Source: Lama glama (Eukaryota). Taken from it: DNA of 64,000 nt. Below the pieces are notes generated by a model that made no database searches, was not told where the DNA came from, and saw only the letters and a list, made by a program, of their open reading frames with translations. Below are positions 1 to 11,994 of this stretch, piece after piece. The DNA lies in the NCBI GenBank assembly GCA_028534125.1, contig CM052816.1:90646001-90710000 (forward strand), read 5' to 3'. The position numbers and the translations under genes were made by a program. Every line of letters starts with the position of its first letter. Positions within the stretch are counted from its first letter, which is position 1.

Positions 1-1678
1 TGTCTTTTCTTTTCACTAAGATAACTCCACACATTCTTTTAAGTCTTCATATCCATTCAGATGGCTTTTTAATCCACTCAAAACATTTATAACTAACTGA
101 ACTGTAAAGTGATGAAAATTTCCATTTAATCCTGATTTCCATTTAAAAGGGCTTACCCTCCCTTCTGAGGTTTATTGTGTCTTAATCTCATTCATTTCAC
201 ATGTATTGTCCCTGTAATTGAAATATAGCTTGAAATATTTGTCAGTCTGGTCTGGAATTACCTCCTCATAAAGAAGCAAGATGGAGCAAAGAAAGCAAAT
301 GAATCCAGCCAACTTAAGAGAAGAGAAGATAACACATCTTACAGGGAAATAAAATACTAGGCATAATAAACACCAGACAGTGCAGGACATTTTTCTGAAA
401 GGAACATTTTTAATATACAGTAAAAGGCCTTTCCTTGGTGCTATAAGACGTCAGATGAACTCTGGCTAAATATGTAGGTGTTAGATCTGTTTTCACTCAT
501 CTTAGATTTATTCCTGGAGATCATTGTTTGTAATGTTGAGTCTAATTCTTACTCTATCATTAAATGTTGAGAACTGCTCAAAGGTTTAAGTTTTGTTCAA
601 ATCTAAAATGCAGTTGAAAAAAACAAGGTTTTGAGACTCTGTCTTTTTAAATCACTTTACTTTCAGAGCTGAGGGAAACCACGTGACTCAAGCGTACACA
701 GCCACAACCAGTGGCTGTCACTGAGCAATCCATATCAGTCAATGACAGCAGGCTTCTCCCAGCCAGAACATTCTTTGTAATACTGTACCCAAGATGCCAC
801 TACCAATTAGATCTCACCCCAAGACTGATAGGTAATTGTCATCGCCAATGTAGTCCAGTTCCTCATTTTACAAATTGGGAAGCCATGAGGTTCAGGCATC
901 TTCCCAAGGGCTAAGCGTGATTCTCATCGATTTAATGCCTTGTCTACTTCTGTTTTCCAAATACCAGTTTATCCAGAAACCAAAGTCTGATGGGAGTCAC
1001 CATTCTTGCAAAAGGAATTCATGTGCAAACTAAACATTTATCAAGAGCCTATTAAATGCCAGGAACTGTTCTGAGGAGTAGAATTCAGCAATGAACAAGG
1101 CGGACGAGGTTCTTGTGGACACAAGGGATTAAAAACTTTGGAAAATTTTATTGCGATGGAAAGCAGAAAAATGCAGCATTAGCTAGAGAGCATTTGGGAT
1201 TAAGGAAAGGGCTTTTTTGTTGGTTTTTTTTTTTTTTGATGTCAGCTATTGGAGCATGTGTATGTGCGAGAGGGAGGAAGACTGAGAATATAGGGGAGGG
1301 GGGGTAATTACAGGTGCAGGGTCCTTGAGCCTTTGACAGGGAAAGAGGTATTGGATCCAGAGAATAAGACAGGGAAGAGCTGACCTACAGCAGCTCACAT
1401 AAAGCAGGAGGAGTGATCGAGAAGACGGCACACATGCCCATAGGATATTAGGTTAACAGGTTATAAAAGGGGGTCACATTTCCAAATTTTAACTTACAAA
1501 CGCAAGTCTTTATCCTTTAAAACGTAAGCACCAGGAGGGCAGAGATTCTTGTCCATTTCATTAACGGTCGTGAGTTGAGTACCTAGGACACCGCTTGGTA
1601 CACACTGGGAGGTCAAAAAATACTTATCGAAGGAAAAGTACTGCAGAGCACCTGTTTTGCCAAGTCTGGTTTTCCAAG

Positions 1679-1729
1679 TGACCACAAGGTGGCAGGCTTG
1701 TACAAGAAAACACTGCCACCTGGTTGGCT
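1679..1729. promoter_or_regulatory. Pair of convergent CTCF-like motifs
   Basis: TGACCACAAGGTGGCAGGC (+, 1679-1697) and AGCCAACCAGGTGGCAGTG (-, 1711-1729). Confidence 0.45.
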
Positions 1730-2379
1730 ACTTGCCGTAGTGTGATAAATGCTAGACCCAGAGAAGGGGTGACTTTTTAATGAACATTCTAATGAATTAG
1801 AAAACAATTTCTAGCATGGGGGGTATGTACTTATGTGTCTTGATAAGTATTTGCTTGACAGAAAAGACTATGCAACAGGAGAAAGGAAATAAAATGCAAA
1901 GACTGGCTAGGTACCCAAGAGTTTAAAATACGCTGCTGGTGATGTGAAATTATTTCCTCTTAAAACAATAACGCTGCCTCAGCTATGTCACACATTTGGT
2001 AAGTTTCAGAGTCACGTGATGAATGTGAACCATTACAGAATTCCCCAAAGTGAAATGGGATCCTCTTTGAGACCACCTAAGCTGTCTGAAATCTAGATTT
2101 TTAGAACCTGAATTTAATTTGTAGAAATAACATCAGATTGGCCCTTTTGTAAGGAAATCTCTTGGTGTTAGCCCTTAAAGATAATATCTTCACTTTTTTT
2201 TTCCCCTTTCCCAACTACCTCTTGAAATAAAAACATGCAGGTGAAAATTAGTTCTTTCTCTGTTTTAAAAAAAAGTGGCATATGAGGTTTGATTTTAACA
2301 CTTCTGCCTTATTAAGTCCTTGACATTATGTTTTGGTTTGGTTTTGCTGGTTTCGTTTTGTCTGCAGTGGGTTGTATTA

Positions 2380-3223
2380 CTCAAAATATTTGCTGCTCTT
2401 CTGGATGCAAGATGGTACTTCCCCCCTGGCTGATATCAGATTTGGCCACATGATTTGAGATGTGTCTCCAGGAAATAGAATAAAACCTCCCTGACACAGG
2501 GAGGTCAGGAGGGGCCATGGGACTTACTTTGGCCATTGAATGGAGGGGAGAAGTGACTGTGAACAGAAGTTTTAAGAACCAGCTCATCCTGTCCCGTCAC
2601 CTGAGACGACAACATCCACCCAGAGGCTGCTCTGCCTTCTGGGTCCCAGGGATACAGCCCCACGATGGACACGTCATGTGAATAAAACATAAATATGTGC
2701 TGTCATAGTCCTCTGAGATCTAGGGGCTCCTTTTTATTGCAGGATAACTTTTTGTTGTTGTTGTTGTTCTTAGTGGAGCTGTTTATTGTTGATATGAAAC
2801 GTCCCACTTAAGCCAACAATTAGAAAATTTTGAATAACAGGGCATAATAAAATGTCTTGATTGGCTAAAACACTTCTTGAAAATATATGCTTAAGTTTTT
2901 GGTGTCTTTGAAATAATATATCAGAACATTTGTAGCATCTGAGCACAACTTAGAATACATTTACAACATTATTTGAAAGACTTATTTACTGATTTTAAGC
3001 AATTTCTTTCTTATGCATTTCAAATGTTTAATAGAAAATCAGTTATTCAAAGTGACATTTCAAATATATATACAATATATAAGATGTATAATATATAAGA
3101 AAAGAAAGTAAACATGCAACCAAATTTTCAGAAATCTGAATTAATTTCTTAGATGGCCATCAAGTTTTTCATCATTATAGATTTCAGTATTGCAGGATAA
3201 CTTAATCTAAATTGACTGATACA
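2380..3223 (+). mobile_element. MLT1-type MaLR LTR, split by the 2751-3187 insertion
   Basis: Typical MLT1 3' end (aataaaacat...ctctgagatctagggg...tattgcaggataac) resumes after the insert as ttaatctaaattgactgataca. Confidence 0.65.
2751..3187 (-). other. Orphan retroposed polyadenylated 3' end (5'-truncated mRNA 3'UTR retrocopy or orphan L1 3' transduction)
   Basis: Perfect 16-bp direct repeat TATTGCAGGATAACTT at 2735-2750 and 3188-3203; A/(AAC)n tail on the minus strand at ~2749-2771; minus-strand AATAAA at 2782-2787; interrupts the 3' end of an MLT1 LTR. Confidence 0.85.
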
Positions 3224-4559
3224 AAATCGTATCTGGTGGTTGTCAGAATAAGTAAACAAATATCTATAAAATGCTTAGCCCTGGGTATGATGTATATTAA
3301 GCAATAGATGAAGTTATTAGAATCATTGATCGTTTCCATTCATTCATTTGACCTGCAATATTCATGATAAAAAAAAGTAGGCTTTATCTCACTTGCATTA
3401 GAAGGTATTGGCATCATTTGTTTAAAATGAGATTTAGAGTCCAGTAAAGAGACTCAGACGTCCGCCACGTGGAGAGCGACGGAAAGTGTGGACGAGTAAG
3501 TGCCATCATGGGATGGACGGCATGTACTCGAGAGTAGTCACTGAGTAACCGGTGCTAATTCCCCTGGCGCTGGCACTCTGCCTTTACCGCCTCTTTACTC
3601 AGAAGGTACACATTTCTTTGACTGTTAAGTACATCCAATCAAAACCAGTTACTTAACCTAAGGTATTCTGATGTTTAAAGTCCATTCCATTAAATAATTT
3701 TGTTCTCTCCACTTACGTCCTTGGCATCAAGAAAAGGGAAGCACATGCTCCCCCTACTGGTCCTAGGGCAGAGTAACAGAGTGAAGTCTATTTGGTGCAA
3801 AATTAGAATTATTTTTACACCTCATTGATGTGTCTGGAAGAATGCATTCTAATGTTCCAAAGAGTACAAACTGACTTTCAAGTTGGTAACCGCTTAGTGT
3901 TCTTAACAAGGCTTTCAACATTAGCTTGTTAACAGCCAGCATCCTGAGTCATGTAGATTCTGACCCGCAGCTCCTGCTAATTCTGTCAACCCAGGTCAAG
4001 CATCACAGTTCCACAATTCACAACAGTACTTCTTCAAGTGGTCCCTTTAATGAAAAAGAAAACGGTTTAAACTGTAATTCTTTGGAAGACTTGGAGGTGG
4101 CAGATCCCCAAAGGCAGAGGGGCAGTGTGGGGGGTTGGAGGAGGGATGAAAGTCCCTGTGTAGAATGAATGTACCCCCCGATCCCCCCACCAACCATTCA
4201 TCCGACGCAACCACCTCTAAACCACCGACCCCCAGCCCTGACTGGAAACACGCTCTAGAACTCCAAGAGGCCCCAGCCTGATCGTTACTGGTGAGTGCAG
4301 AAACGTGAGGCACAGACCTGAAAGCGGGCACATGAACTGAGAGTCAGCCCAATGATGGTAGAATTCTCAGCCCATTTTCTATAACCGGATGCCAGAAACA
4401 CTTCCCAGAGCTCAGTGCCTGTATTTTCCTGCCGCCAGAAAGTACCCTCCAACCCCATAGAAGATTGGAGGCTTCTCTGGAGAAATGGCTTCCTAATGAA
4501 AAGGCACAGCCAAAATTTTAGTTTGACAGCATTGTGAAGCCCACTTGCACACAGCTCCA

Positions 4560-5110
4560 CTCACAGACAGCTGGAAGCCGCCCAGACCTCCTTCAGCGGG
4601 TGAATAAAGGAACACGCTATGGCACGTCCATGCCCTGCAGTACTGCTGAGGGATCAAAAGGACAATTACTGATACATGAACACCGTAGATGATTCTCTGA
4701 TTGCACTGAGTGAAAAAAGCCCATCCCCAAAGGCTGTATATGGCACAAGTCCATTTATATATCATTCCTTGAATTTAAAAATTATGAAAATAGAGAACAT
4801 ATTAGTGTTTGTCAGGGGTCCAGGAAGGGGTGGGGAGATGGCAGGAAGTGGGCGTGACCACAGAAGGGCCACCTGAGGGACCCTGAGGTGATGGAGACGT
4901 TCTGCATCTTGACTGTCTCAGTGTCGACATTCTGGTTGCATTATTGTGCTATGGTTTTGGAAGAGGTTACCATTGGGGGAAACTGGGTAAAGGGTACATG
5001 GGATTTCTTTGTATTTTTCTTACAGCTGCATGTAAGCCTACAATTTTCTCAAAATAAAAAGCTTAATTTAAAAAATTAAAAAATTTAAAAAATAATAATT
5101 TAAAAAAAGA
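4560..5110 (+). mobile_element. Old L1 (L1MB/L1MC-like) 3' UTR fragment with A-rich tail
   Basis: ccttcagcgggtgaataaa...gttaccattgggggaaactgggtaaagggtacatgggat...caaaataaaaagc followed by an A-rich tail. Confidence 0.8.
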
Positions 5111-5274
5111 AACAGGCTGGCTGGTTCAACAAGGGAGAGCATTTGTCATTACACTGCCTGGCGAATACAACTACTGAGCATGAAGCACAGTAATACTATG
5201 AGTTTTATGACTATATCATTCCTTGTTTGTCCCTAGACAAGTATATTCTGCTTAAAATCTTATTTTCAGGGTTG

Positions 5275-5355
5275 GGGGTAGGGTATAGCTTAGTGGTAGA
5301 GTGTGTGCTTAGCATGCACAAGGTCCCAGTTTCAATCCCCAGTTACCTCCATCAA

Positions 5356-5394
<39 letters not shown>

Positions 5395-5464
5395 ACAAAC
5401 CTAATTACCTCCCCCTCCCCCAAAAAATCACTTAAAAAAAGAAAGAAAGAAAAGTTAAAAAAAA
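5275..5464 (+). mobile_element. tRNA-derived SINE, camelid Vic-1-like (long form)
   Basis: A box tagcttagtggtagag, degenerate B box gtttcaatccc, (AAAT)n, cctaattacctcccc tail block and A-rich end; aaaatctt on both flanks. Confidence 0.85.
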
Positions 5465-6221
5465 TCTTTTTTGGGGGGGTCACATAGAGTTATAGACCTA
5501 GGAGTACTTTATTGATGCTCTTAGCCCAAAGGAATAATTTAAGGTTCTGAGAACTCAGTCTTTTCCCATTTTTGACGTGCTCTCAACTAATTGGAAGTTT
5601 AAGTTGTAAATGCATGAATAATAGTTAAGAGTCCTGTGGTTCTCAGCATGCCCCTGGCGGGGTTCTAAGAACTTTACCCATATTTTCCTCATTTAATCCT
5701 CACCAAAATCCAGTTGTACCCATTTTATACCCATGGTCATACCCATTTCACAGATGAGGAAATCAAGGCCCAGAAAAGATTAACAACTTGCACATCATTG
5801 ATTGGGAAAGCTGGGTTCCAGCCCAAGAAGTCAAGCTCCAAACCACACTCCAACTGCTATAAGAGTGTAATCAGGGTAACTACTCACAAATACGTTTACA
5901 TGATGCATATTTCCTTTTAAGATGCCAAACCATTCAACTCCATATGAGTATTCCAGGCTTTTGCTCCAAAACTTATGGATTCGAAAATAAACTAATTTAT
6001 TTTCTGTTGACTGGGAGAGAGAAGCTGAAGCCTGCAATTCTAGACACAGTTCATAAATTGACACATACAAAGTATGATTAGAATACACAAATGACTGAGG
6101 TCGATGACCTAAAAGGTATAGCAAAACGCTGAAAGTTGAAAATTTACATTAAATACGGAAATAGTGAATGACTAGCACTGTACAGGAAGTGTGTCAAACA
6201 TAGGCTTAGAATATTGGGGAC

Positions 6222-6665
6222 TATATTTGTTTCTGTAACTACTGTAACAAATGACCGCAAACTTGGTGGCTTAAAACAATAGAAAGGCATTCTCTCCCAG
6301 TCCTGGAGGCCAGAAGTGCAAAATCAAGGTGTTGGCAGAGCCCCATGAAGGCTCTAGAGGAGAATCCTTTCCTTGTCTCTTCCGGCCTCTGGGAGCTGCC
6401 AGCATTCCCTGGCCTGTGGCAGTAACTCTCCAGTCTCTGCCTTCATCTTCACATCACCTTCTCCGTGTGTCTCTCCCTTGTGTGTCTTTTATAAGGACGC
6501 TTGTCATTGGATTTAGAATCCAGTGAGATAATCCAAGACAGTCTTCCCATTGGAAGACCCTTAACTTAATTAGATCTGCAAAGTCCACTTTTCCAAAAAA
6601 AAAAAAAGGTAGCGTTCATATGTCCCAGGGATTAGGACGTGCACATTTCTTTTGGGGAGGGTAGG
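6222..6665 (-). mobile_element. MLT1 (A/B/C-like) MaLR LTR
   Basis: ctgtaacaaatgaccgcaaacttggtggcttaaaacaa...ggaggccagaagtgcaaaatcaagg...ttataaggac motifs. Confidence 0.8.
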
Positions 6666-6679
6666 AAGCGGGAATCACT

Positions 6680-7060
6680 TAACTGAGATATCATCAAAAC
6701 CAACAAATTGAGTTAAATAGTTGCAATACACAACTAATTCAAAGCTTGGGAACATAAGACAAGGCGAACGGGAAGATACACAGCCAACAAAAATGTAAGA
6801 GTACACAGTGCCCAGATTCTCAAATTGCACAGAATAGGAAAACGCATCAATGGTGCAGGTGTTCACTGGCCACTGGACGCTAGGATACTGTAGACCATCC
6901 AGAACAATACATGGGAAAAGGAAACTAAGTTTGGAAAAAAAATTACAATTAGATATTTGTAAAATGATGGCTTTAAAGAAAGAACAAGAAGATTAAGCAT
7001 GGATAAGAGAAAGCTTGGCGTATAAAATAACAGATCCAAGCCCAGCAAGCAACGGCTGCC
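6680..7060 (+). mobile_element. Old L1 ORF1-region fragment
   Basis: A-rich, degraded L1 ORF1-like sequence (gatggctttaaagaaagaac...agatccaag). Confidence 0.45.
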
Positions 7061-9030
7061 AGGAAAGCCTCTGATGTTGGCTTTTCTTCAGCTCACAGGT
7101 ACTAGTAGGTAAAGGACATACATCTCAGGGGGTGGGGGTGAGGGATGAGAGTAAGTGTCAGAAGACCCCAGCCCAGGCACCCGCCGTCTGGAGGTGGGCG
7201 GTGGTCAAGGCTGCAGTGTCAGGCGGGGTGCAGCGTATGGGGTAGGGCCCGCCTCTCCAGAGAGTATTTTGGCGAATTTCTGCTTGTCTTTAGCCTCTTT
7301 TAGGTGAATTAGTGACTGTGTAATATGGGGAAGTTAAGCTATGTGATTTTAGGTCCATTTGGCTCTAAACTGATGTAAATCTGTGAATTTCCTTTTTGAG
7401 AGTGAGCATTCCTACAGGTAAGAGTGCCATGTTCAGGGATGCTTTGGCCCTGAAAATGGGTCCTGAATTCTAATTTCAAAGAAATCGCATAGTGGAGGTG
7501 TTCTCCAAATCATGCCAGAGAGTCTCAGAATTCGGGGCAAAGTTCCCACCCCATCCCCAAAAGCCAGTCCACAGACACACATTTATTAGTCTTTTTAAGA
7601 GCAAACCAGTGAAGGACAGGACACAAACCTTTGCTTCCCTTATGTATTTATAAATGAAAAAATTTATAATGCAAATGCCCTCCTTAAAAAACTTATGTAC
7701 AAATCACAACATTACAGATAACCTTTTTTTTGTTTCTTTTGCTTCACATGGAGAACTAAGAGACTCAATTCATTTCAAGAGACCTAAGTATGAGTATTCC
7801 AAGGAAATATTACAAATTGGAAACATCTTGGATTTTTACAAATATATTTCAATACATAAATTTGTATGCATGCTTTAAACAAACAGTATATTTCAAGAAT
7901 GAGAAAGTCTAAAGAAAAGGTATGACCAGCACCAGCATTTAAGTTTTCTGATTTTAATGACAGTCCGACAGAGCGTTAGTAACCATGCTGCCCTGAAATA
8001 TGTAATACACATACACACAGATGTAACATACAAAAAACACATCTTCCCCTGGAAGAAACCTCCTTCTATAATCTATAAAGTCTTATCTTTTGTATTAAAT
8101 TAAACTGTCATTTCTTTTATAAACTAATGTTGATAGTAGCTGTTTAATTCTCACTTTTAATGACTTTGGCTGGGGAATGATTTTTTTAATTAGCCATCTT
8201 TTTTTAATCTCCCATGTACAACTTTCTTTCCTATTTGGCTTGTTTGTAAAATCTCAACGTCTGGGCATCTCTGTGATACCTTTACAATTACTTTACACAA
8301 GCCTTGAGAACTCCCCAAATCTGTTTCCTGTATGGGACAATCCTTACTTGAATCCTTTGATTTTTCTGCCAGGCTGTCTCCTGGAAGCTACAGATCAAGG
8401 AAGTGAAGCCAGCGCCTTCACCTCCACCCCAATTACGGACCAGAAGGAGAGGGAGTACGCAGGGCAGCCGCAGATCCGAGTCTTAGCTGAGTAAATGGGG
8501 ATAAAGTCACAGGCAGAACATCTTTAAGCAAAGCAGCAAGAAAGTCACCTTTATCTGGGGACCTGCTGTTTCCTCGCCATGCACTTTGTCACAAGCCCTC
8601 TGGCAAAAACAGAGGTTAGACTCTGGCTAAACGGATTCATATCTTTATCCTGCTTTTAAAATTGTTTAGCCATGATAATCTCAGTTTTAAAGCCCCAGTA
8701 TAGCCGTTTTTTTTCAGCATTTTACTTCTCTAGATCCATATATCATGTACCAGCCACAGGTCAGAAGACCTTATGGTCATTTCCTTTGGTGCCTGTTTCC
8801 TTACACCTCCCCTCTCCCGCCTCTGCCCTCTTTCCTGAACTAGGAAGAGGGGACTTGTAGAGAATTTCATGTGAACAACTAGAGGATTACACATATCCAC
8901 GATCTGGTCATGTATTGAACTGAACTTTAGTAAGAGAAGAAAAAAGAAACAAAACACAAACCCACTTTAGAGAACAAGTTTGTTCAAAATGCATTCCTAG
9001 TGGTCAACCGTGAGAACCTGGTTATAAAAG

Positions 9031-9049
9031 TAGCCACTAGGGGGCAGTG
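9031..9049 (+). promoter_or_regulatory. Strong CTCF motif
   Basis: TAGCCACTAGGGGGCAGTG matches the CTCF core consensus at essentially all informative positions; lies in apparently non-repetitive DNA. Confidence 0.65.
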
Positions 9050-9984
9050 CAGTCAAAGCAGACAGAAATGAACTCCAAAGCTCTCATCAACTTGGACCAA
9101 CCCGAGCCATTGCGTTAATACTGTCAAAAGTGAATTATCTTCACAAAATGAGAGGCCATCATTTTCACATTTTTGTTGAAGAAAAAAAATTTTTTTCTGG
9201 CAGCAGAAGCTACAAAGTAGCTGACTCTTGGCATCCAGAATTGGCCTTGTGCTAAGGTTAATGTACATGACCCTTCAGGGGAATGTGAACCCAGAGGGTC
9301 AGGGCAGAGGTAACAGGCGGGTCTTGTAATTGTCACACTGCACGTGCGCTGCTCTGCTGAAAACATCCTCCCGCCTCCCCACTCCTCTCCCCCAGCCCCG
9401 GCACCCCTGCTGATAGTCGTCGACAAGAAAATTTAGGGGACTCGGAGGAGCCTTAAAATAAGATTCAGGAGTAGAAGGCATTTAATTTCATAACGCATCT
9501 GAGATCACCAGCTGACTCCAGCTGGGCGAGGGCATAATGCCGACCGAGATGAGGTCCTTTGCCACCCACAGAAGGTCAAGAATGGCTTCTTTGGGGCTGC
9601 AGCAAATGGATCCAAGGAAAATAGAATGCAAGAGACCAGGAACACGTGTTCTGACCCATTTTTCGAAAAACATTCGACTTGCATTTAACTAACTCCTTTT
9701 TTAGAAAACATTTGATTTATTTGTTAAACTAAACATAACTTCTTTGGACTGAGAGTTGAAGAACCATTCAGGCCAGGGGGAGGGCAGGATGGAGCCCAGG
9801 AAAGAAGCTACAGCGGAGACACTGCACAGACTCGTACGGCGCAGTTCAGGTTCCTGGGCTACAGCTCGGACCCTGGGCTTCCTGCCCGCCCCGTGAGGCA
9901 CCCTGAGACGCCTTACCCACACTCAGAAGCGACCAGTGCCTCATCACCTGGGCAAAGGAAAGATCTATTTTTAACTTGGTCAGT

Positions 9985-10450
9985 GTTGTAGGTTGAATTA
10001 TCCCCCCATCTCAAATATATATATATATATATATTGACATCCTAGCCTCCCAATACATGTGAATATGACTTTATTTGGAAAGAAGTTCCTTGCCAATGTC
10101 ATCAAATTAACATGAAGTCATTCGTTTGCACCCTAAACTAGTATGACTGTTGTCCTTGTGAGAAGAGCAGATTTCACACAGAGACACGCAGAGAGAATGT
10201 TACATGATCTAAGACGCAAAGCGGGGCGATGATACACCCACAGTCAAGGACATTGAGGACTGCCGACAGCTCTCAGTGGCTGGGAGAGAAGGATGGACCG
10301 GACCCTCCCTCAAAGCCTGTGGAAGAAACCAGCCCTGTCCACACCTGGGTCCCAGATTCCCACATCCAGCATGGTAAGAAAATCAACGTCTGTTGTTTTC
10401 AGCCACCTTGTTGGTGGCACTTTGTTACTGCATCCCTGGGAAACTGATTA
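9985..10450 (+). mobile_element. MLT1 (B/C-like) MaLR LTR
   Basis: tgttgtaggttgaattatcccccc...ttatttggaa...ctgttgttttcagccacc...ggaaactgattac. Confidence 0.8.
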
Positions 10451-10964
10451 CTTATGACCAAACTCAGCAACAATAGGATGGGGTTCTGGGAACGGCAATG
10501 GAGAAAGAGTTAACTGCCTAAGGAGAAGGATTTAGAGAATTTTTCCTGTGCTTTCTCCCTTTCTCTTCTTTTCCCCCTGTCTACCCAACCTCAGTATTCC
10601 ACATTTTAATTAAATATAAAGCATTATTTTTATTCCTCTTTAGATGTACAACTCTCAGTGCTTTCCAAGGATGTGTCTATTTTTTTTTCCTGGTACATTT
10701 TATAGTTCTCTTCAAATACCTAAAAATTTCACAGACCAGATGGCATTTTTAAAGCACTTTGCTCCTTTGAGTTGCTCAAAGTATTTGCCATAAATGTCCC
10801 CTTATTCTTCATGACATCTTAAAGGAGGAGGGTTTTTCTTTTTAATGAGCAGTTATTTTAAAGCTCTGGAAACACAGAGCCAAGTTAAGCATTGGGTCCT
10901 AAATCACATAATGTTTCAGTGAATGAACAGGGTTTGAGAGATGGATCTCCCAACTCCCTGTATA

Positions 10965-11290
10965 CGGTAGTTTCCCCTAATCCAAGGTTTCACTTTCCGT
11001 GGTTTCAGTTACTCATGGTCAACTGAGGTCCAAAAATACCAAAAGGAAAATTCCAGAAATAAGCAATTCATAAATCTTAAATTATGCACCATTCTGAACA
11101 GCATGATGAAATCTCACGCTGTCCCACTCAGTCCTGCAAGGGACATGAATCATCCTGTTGTCCAAGGTAGCTGCCCGTTAGATAGGAAAAAACAGACTAT
11201 ACACAGAGCGTATTGCCATCTGCGGTTTCAGGCATCCCCTGGGGGTCTTGGAACATATCCCTGTGGATGAGGGGCGAGGGGAGGCTACTG
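10965..11290 (+). mobile_element. MER44A-like non-autonomous Tigger (TcMar) DNA transposon
   Basis: Degenerate TIRs cggtagtttcccctaatcc and ggatgagggg...ctactg; internal ggaaaattccagaaataagcaattcataa. Confidence 0.8.
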
Positions 11291-11983
11291 CGGTCTCTTT
11301 TCCATATAGTACAGTCATTTTTTTATTCTTCATTATCCACCTATAAGAGGAGAGTGGATAAAGCCTCCAAAATCACTCAAGAGTTGTCTTTTGGGTACGT
11401 TTTCTGTATTTTGGATAGAAATGTCTGATGCTGTGGGAATTCATAAAACCTCAAGCCATAAGGCACAAGTAAATTGTCATGTTCTAATTTCCCAGTATCC
11501 ACCAGCGTTTCTTCTCCCTTCCTCCCCGTTCCATCCTGAGAAGGGGGCCACTCCACCTCCCGGAATAACGGGAAAGAACAAGCGCAGGAGGAGCTAAACC
11601 TTCTCCCCATCCTTCCTGGCTCCACACGTCCCTGGGACAGGAAGGTCGTTGGCTTGCTGGCTCTGTGAGCCAAGGTGCTTCAGGATGCCTTAGTAAGCCC
11701 TCAGCCACCCCATTCTGCCTCCCAAAGAGGAGTGGCATCTTACAGGTCTGGCCCACACTAGCACAGAACCCTTATCCTTACTGTGACTCCACAGGACTGA
11801 GACAGACTGGAATTTCCAAAAGTACCAAAGAAAAATTCAAGAGAAGTCAAAGACAGTCATGGAAGCACAGAAACACAGCCGGGTTTGTCCCAGGGCTCAG
11901 AGGTCCTGTCCCTTCCCTCACCTGGGCTCATCCACTGACTTCAGATGGGGCTCACCTCCTCCTCCTCCTCCTTGTGTCTCAGC

Positions 11984-11994
11984 TGCTGAGTCAT
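11984..11994 (-). promoter_or_regulatory. Perfect NF-E2/NRF2/BACH-sMAF (ARE) motif
   Basis: TGCTGAGTCAT (ATGACTCAGCA on the minus strand) in apparently unique sequence. Confidence 0.35.

Noticed and set aside
5275..5345. tRNA-like A/B boxes
   Set aside because: No full cloverleaf; A-rich tails and TSDs on related copies show these are SINE heads, not tRNA genes.
8357..8495. Exon-like segment with a good acceptor (ttttttctgccag)
   Set aside because: Weak donor, no homology and no partner exons; cannot be supported without RNA data.
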